Source: Oculatellaceae cyanobacterium bins.114
GTDB taxonomy: Bacteria; Cyanobacteriota; Cyanobacteriia; Elainellales; Elainellaceae
NCBI GenBank assembly: GCA_033764315.1
Contig: JANRJA010000172.1
Location: forward strand, 1-64,000
Direction: 5' to 3'
DNA: 64,000 bases
The notes under the pieces are model-generated. The model saw only the letters and a program-made list of their open reading frames with translations, had not been told where the DNA came from and did no database searches. Made by a program: the position numbers and the translations under genes. The number at the start of each line of letters is the position of its first letter. Position 1 is the first letter of the stretch. This document shows positions 59,357-64,000 of the stretch, in pieces.

Positions 59357-60034
59357 TTACAAAGATGGGCAGGTTACTACTGCTTGAGGCAAGGTTGTCC
59401 CCCGCAAGTCGGCTCCATCCAACACGACACTTTGGATACTGGCTGTACTCAGATCGGCTCCTCTTAAGTCAGCCTCACTCAGATTGGCGTAGTCTAAAAT
59501 TGCCCGATTGAGTACGACCTCAATTAAATTTGCCTGACACAGTGTGGCTTCGCGAAAATTCACTGAGATGAGAATGGTGCGATAAAGGTCAGCCAAGGTG
59601 AGATTGGCTTGAATCATGCTGGCTTCACGTAAATTAGCACTTTTAAGAACAGCCCTGATCAGATAAGCACTATAAAAATTGACCCCGGTTAAGGTTGAAT
59701 CAATTAAATCGGTTTGATTGAGGTTGGCATAACTTAAGTCAGCCTCAGCCATGTCGGTGCCCCGCATAATAGCACTCATTAAGTTTGCCCCACGCAGATC
59801 AGCCCCCATGAGCTTGGTTTTGATCATATAGGCTTTGCTAAGATTGGCCCCACGCAGATCTGCACCGATGAGATTTGCACCAATTAAATTGCTGCCATTG
59901 AAATCTATGCCGTTGAGATCGGCCAAAATAAGATTTGCCCCACTCAAGTCAGGTCTAATAGAGGACGTTCGTCGCCATTTGTTCCAAATTTCAACTCCCG
60001 ATTGCAATAAAGCAACGTGATTATGGTTTGCCAT
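59357..60034 (-). CDS. Pentapeptide repeat protein
   Basis: GVEIWNKWR lead-in followed by A(D/N)Lxx repeats. Confidence 0.93.
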   Translation of the reverse strand: MANHNHVALLQSGVEIWNKWRRTSSIRPDLSGANLILADLNGIDFNGSNLIGANLIGADLRGANLSKAYMIKTKLMGADLRGANLMSAIMRGTDMAEADLSYANLNQTDLIDSTLTGVNFYSAYLIRAVLKSANLREASMIQANLTLADLYRTILISVNFREATLCQANLIEVVLNRAILDYANLSEADLRGADLSTASIQSVVLDGADLRGTTLPQAVVTCPSL

Positions 60035-60594
60035 AGGGTGCGGTGTGACAGGGATGAAGTTTAAGCAATGCCCATTCGTGAGTTCAGGAAAAATTGATAC
60101 ATCTAGACCATTTTTCTAAGAGGGCGATCGCTAACCGAGACTCTTGGATAAAGAGTCGTTGAGAGGTTATAAAGTTACAACAAAAAAATCGAATTGAAGC
60201 CCTAAATTGGGTCAAATGAACTCATCTCACTTGAATTCGGCAATGGTTAGGGGGTGTGAGTATCGGGTTGACGGGGACAGGGGCTATCTTAAAGAGCGCA
60301 CTGAGGAAAGCCAAGCACTGAACCTGTGCTAGCCAAATGATCTCCACTGGGTCAACTATTGCAACCCACTCATCTCACAACTGATTTAGAACTGCTATAT
60401 GTCTCTAATTGAGTAGTCCTCTAAAAGTAATAATTTTTGAGTAAGGACTACCCTCCAATTGTTCAGAGAAAATAGAGCCTGAGATAGAGGAAGTTAAATG
60501 GATTACTTTGTAAATTTAAATTGTCAGCAATAAGACTTGATTTTGAAATCAATTATTGCTTTTTAAAACAAAGAAAATTACGGGAGAAAATATC

Positions 60595-60777
60595 ATGAGT
60601 ATTGATGATAGAGCCAAAGCAACTGCTAAGAATGTTGAAGGCAAGCTTCAAGAAGCTGTGGGTGAAGTAACAGGTAGCCCCAGAGACAAAGCTGAAGGCA
60701 AAGCCAAGCAAGCTGAAGCTGAAGGTCGTCATGCTGTTGAAGACATGAAAGATGCAGTTAAGCGTACGATTGATTAA
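60595..60777 (+). CDS. CsbD family stress protein; start at ATG 60595
   Basis: GKLQEAVGEVTG....AEGKAKQ. Confidence 0.9.
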   Translation: MSIDDRAKATAKNVEGKLQEAVGEVTGSPRDKAEGKAKQAEAEGRHAVEDMKDAVKRTID

Positions 60778-60797
60778 TCGTTTAATCTAAACTTCTA

Positions 60798-60866
60798 GCT
60801 TCCTTGGTTAAGTAAGGAAGCGGGTCATCTGCGAAGGCATGCTTATGTTTTTGCAGATGATTTTTT
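60798..60866 (+). terminator. Double hairpin ending in a U-tract after csbD
   Basis: GCTTCCTT/AAGGAAGC, then TCATCTGC...GCAGATGA followed by TTTTTT. Confidence 0.7.
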
Positions 60867-61111
60867 GTAATAAGAACTATTTAAAAGATACAGGTACTAT
60901 CTTCTAATTTAATGATTCAAGATGTTAATCCAGAAGGAATAGGTTTGAGGTTAAAGGTTGATTGTATGGCGTGTTTAAACGTTTATTGACTTGGGGATAT
61001 TGGAATTGAAGAACTGGCAAGCCAAACTGCTTGTAAACAATTAGAGCAGTTTGTAGAAAGCGGGCGATCGCTTTGAAGAAAGAAGCCTTTTATTTCATCA
61101 AATTACTGTAC

Positions 61112-61204
61112 GGAGCAATCCTATTTGATTTGTGGAGAAAGGCTATTTGTGAAAGTGTTTGTCCAAAAGGCAGGCACTTTCACAAACGGTTTAGGATCGC
61201 CATA
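61112..61204. mobile_element. Degenerate MITE related to 14841-14933
   Basis: AGCAATCCTATTTGATTTGTG...CACAAACGGTTTAGGATCGCCATA; internal TTTGTGAAAGTG/CACTTTCACAAA stem. Confidence 0.6.
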
Positions 61205-61256
61205 GCACTATATTGAATGAGATAAGATTAAGGCACTCGTCATTCCCCGATCCGTC

Positions 61257-61613
61257 ATGTTACAAGCTTCACCTGCTACCCTGGCTCCTGTTGCGGATTA
61301 CTTTAAAGTTTTGTCCGAGGTGAGCCGACTTCAAGTTTTATGTTGTCTAAAGTCAGGGTCTAAAAATGTCACAGAAGTGATGGAAGAAACTGGATTGGGA
61401 CAGGCCAATGTGTCTAAGCACCTAAAAATTTTGGCTCAAGCAGGAATCGTAGTGCGCCGCCCTCAAGGAATTAGTGTGTACTATGAAATCGTAGATCCAC
61501 TGATCTTTAAACTGTGTGACTTAGTGTGCGATCGCCTTGCATTACTGTTAGAAGAACAATCCCATCAGTTGCAACAGTTGAATGGACTGCGCGATCGCGT
61601 TAGTCAGAAATAG
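61257..61613 (+). CDS. ArsR/SmtB family transcriptional regulator
   Basis: FKVLSEVSRLQVL, QANVSKHLKIL..AG. Confidence 0.92.
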   Translation: MLQASPATLAPVADYFKVLSEVSRLQVLCCLKSGSKNVTEVMEETGLGQANVSKHLKILAQAGIVVRRPQGISVYYEIVDPLIFKLCDLVCDRLALLLEEQSHQLQQLNGLRDRVSQK

Positions 61614-61641
61614 AAGATGAGGATCCGGATCGGTGTCTTGA

Positions 61642-63585
61642 TTAACCTCCTACATGAATAGAAGGGCGCAAATTAGGTCTTTTTTCAGCTTTACGCAACA
61701 CCTCTCGCGTCACAACTGCGATATCTCCTTCTCCAAACAAAATGAAGCGCAGCAGATATTGAATAGGATTGCCCTCGACCCAGCCAAAATAGGCATGGGG
61801 TATCTTGCCTGTCTGGTCACGGATAGATAACAAAATAGCGGCGATCGCATTTGGCACTGCCGCACTTTCGGCTCTCAAAATACGATAATCACCAACCATC
61901 ACTCCTTTGACCCGAACGATATCAGCAAATTCTGATGCATCCGAAATTTGAACTTCTAAAAACACAACAGAGTCTGTATCGGGGATATGATTGTCTTCTC
62001 GAACTTCCCTCTCTTTTAAGAAATATTCCTCTACATCTCCTGTGTTAAGTCGGTTAGCGATCAAGCGTATTTTATCTCGTTTGTTTTCTGTGATAAAACG
62101 ACGGGCCGTTTCATCCATCTCAACCTGCTCGACTCGTAACTCGGTCGATCGCCATACTCTAGAGATCAGAGAGGTTAAGACGATCACACTGATAAAGAAA
62201 ATCGCAATTCTGATCCCTTCAGGTCTTTCAATAATATTGGCAATAGTAGTGTAGATAAATACCAGCGTAATCACACCAAATGTCAAGGTTTCATGTTTGA
62301 TGCGATGGTGACGAGACGATAGGGTAACGGCTAACGCGGCAGAGGTCATGAGGACTAAAACCCCAGTTGCATAAGCACCCCCTTGAGCTTCTACGTTTGC
62401 CTTAAAGAGAATTGTCACTGTAAAGGCAATGATTGTATAAACCAGGACTAGCGGACGGGTGGTTCGTGCCCAGTTGGGTGCCATGCCATAGCGCGGCAAA
62501 TAGCGCGGCACAACATTGAGTAACCCTGCCATAGCAGAGGCACCCGCAAACCACAAAATGGCGATTGTGCTTAAGTCGTAGATCGTTCCAAAACCGTTAC
62601 CTAAATAACGATGGGCGATATAGGCGAGAGCCCGTCCACTGGCTTTGCCACCTGTCTCAAACTCTGCTGCCGGAATCAGTAATGTGGTGACTAGACTGCT
62701 GGTCAGCAGAAAAAAGCTCATGATTATTGCTGCCGTGGTCAACAGTTTACGGGTATTGCGAATGCGCCCAGTGGGATAGTCTTCGGTGTCGCTGCCGCTG
62801 CCTTGAACCAGTGGCATAACCACAACCCCAGTCTCAAATCCTGATAGACCCAATGCCAACTTTGGAAATAGCAGAACGGCGATCGCTATCATGACTAGAG
62901 GGTTACCGTGATTAGCAAACAAGGCATGGTGCCAATCAGCGATCGCTGAGGGATGATGCCAAACCTGCCATGTGCCCACCCCAATCGTAATTAGATTGAG
63001 AAATAGATAAATACTGACTAGAAACACCGCAAGCCCAATCGCTTCCTGAAATCCTCTTAAAAATACAATCCCTAGCAAGGCTACAAGCAGCAGGGTAATG
63101 ATCACCTCTTGACCCTGCAAAAAACTTGGAATCAAAGGGTTTTCAACGATGTGGGCAGTGGCATCTGCCGCTGAAAGAGTAATGGTGATAATGAAGTCAG
63201 TTGCAACAAACCCCAACAAACAAAGCACCAGAAACTTACCCTGCCACCAGGGCAGGAGATGTTCGAGCATCGCGATCGACCCTTCTCCATGAGGGCTTTT
63301 TGCCGCAATGCGGCGGTAAATCGGCAAGGCCCCGAACAGCGTTAATAACACTAGAATCAGGGTTGCTAATGGAGAAAGAGCACCTGCGGCTAAAGCCGCA
63401 ATGCCGGGTTGATAGCCTAGAGTTGAGAAGTAATCAACCCCTGTTAGACACATGACCTGCCACCAAGTGTGCTTACGGTGTGCCTTTCCCTTATCATAGG
63501 GGCCTTCCTTGGTTTGCCGATCTTCCTCTAGCAACCAATGCATGAATCTGTGGTAGTACCCAGGTGAGTTGATTGCGCGAGACAT
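61642..63585 (-). CDS. APC-superfamily transporter (amino acid permease-like) with a cytoplasmic C-terminal domain
   Basis: [24 protein letters not shown], many TM segments. Confidence 0.88.
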   Translation of the reverse strand: MSRAINSPGYYHRFMHWLLEEDRQTKEGPYDKGKAHRKHTWWQVMCLTGVDYFSTLGYQPGIAALAAGALSPLATLILVLLTLFGALPIYRRIAAKSPHGEGSIAMLEHLLPWWQGKFLVLCLLGFVATDFIITITLSAADATAHIVENPLIPSFLQGQEVIITLLLVALLGIVFLRGFQEAIGLAVFLVSIYLFLNLITIGVGTWQVWHHPSAIADWHHALFANHGNPLVMIAIAVLLFPKLALGLSGFETGVVVMPLVQGSGSDTEDYPTGRIRNTRKLLTTAAIIMSFFLLTSSLVTTLLIPAAEFETGGKASGRALAYIAHRYLGNGFGTIYDLSTIAILWFAGASAMAGLLNVVPRYLPRYGMAPNWARTTRPLVLVYTIIAFTVTILFKANVEAQGGAYATGVLVLMTSAALAVTLSSRHHRIKHETLTFGVITLVFIYTTIANIIERPEGIRIAIFFISVIVLTSLISRVWRSTELRVEQVEMDETARRFITENKRDKIRLIANRLNTGDVEEYFLKEREVREDNHIPDTDSVVFLEVQISDASEFADIVRVKGVMVGDYRILRAESAAVPNAIAAILLSIRDQTGKIPHAYFGWVEGNPIQYLLRFILFGEGDIAVVTREVLRKAEKRPNLRPSIHVGG

Positions 63586-64000
63586 TAATGCTGTTCCTTG
63601 CTGCTTAGAGCTAAGTTATGAAGTCAATCTTAAACCTTGAAACGGTTACTATTGCTTGATTTCTCTTGCTCATTGAAAAAGGGAAACCCAAACAAAAAAC
63701 TGAAGTTTTCCTTTTACAAGTTACAAGGGGGTTTAGGGGCTCAAACCTTTCGTTTATGGATCGGCTCTAAAATCCAAGAATTTAGGATGATAGTAATACT
63801 GCGATGGACAACTAACATTTCCCTCATTTCCTGGCTCCTAATCTCACACGGAGAAGGGGAAACCTGCTTCTGGTTTTAGTTCTCTCCTCTAGAACAGGAG
63901 ATGAGGGCGGTTTAATAGGGTTGTACATAGGGTAGTAATACATTAATCAGGCATACTCTAACTTAAAATTTTGCCCTTATTTTGGGGAGCTAATGTGACT

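Noticed and set aside
63637-63879. 80-aa TTG-start ORF at the window end
   Set aside because: No motif, atypical composition, lies in the transporter's upstream region

Overview
Chromosomal segment of a filamentous cyanobacterium. Evidence: the HIP1 octamer GCGATCGC recurs throughout, and fraC/fraD, gifB, glnB and a cyanobacteriochrome are present. Housekeeping and nitrogen genes (infC, wecB, comF, cobO-type, rdgB, phosphohexomutase, glnB, gifB with glutamine riboswitch and NtcA box) alternate with signalling genes (GGDEF/EAL, a 10-PAS hybrid kinase, a second sensor kinase, a DXCF cyanobacteriochrome kinase, a GAF-GGDEF cyclase) and a TpsA-like exoprotein/TPR-CHAT pair. Several MITE/REP families are present. 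At 33.4-34.8 kb a layered scar (IS110 remnant plus nested MITEs) abuts an unannotated phytochrome-type kinase 3' fragment and its intact response regulator. The best candidates for undescribed systems are a small ORF with a structured leader and matching 3' hairpin (1.9-2.3 kb), a translationally coupled lipoprotein plus lysozyme-like pair with an upstream LexA-like box (25.6-27.2 kb), and a membrane-anchored helical repeat protein (42.9-46.0 kb). I saw no rRNA, tRNA or CRISPR array. All product calls come from motif recognition by eye; no database search was run.
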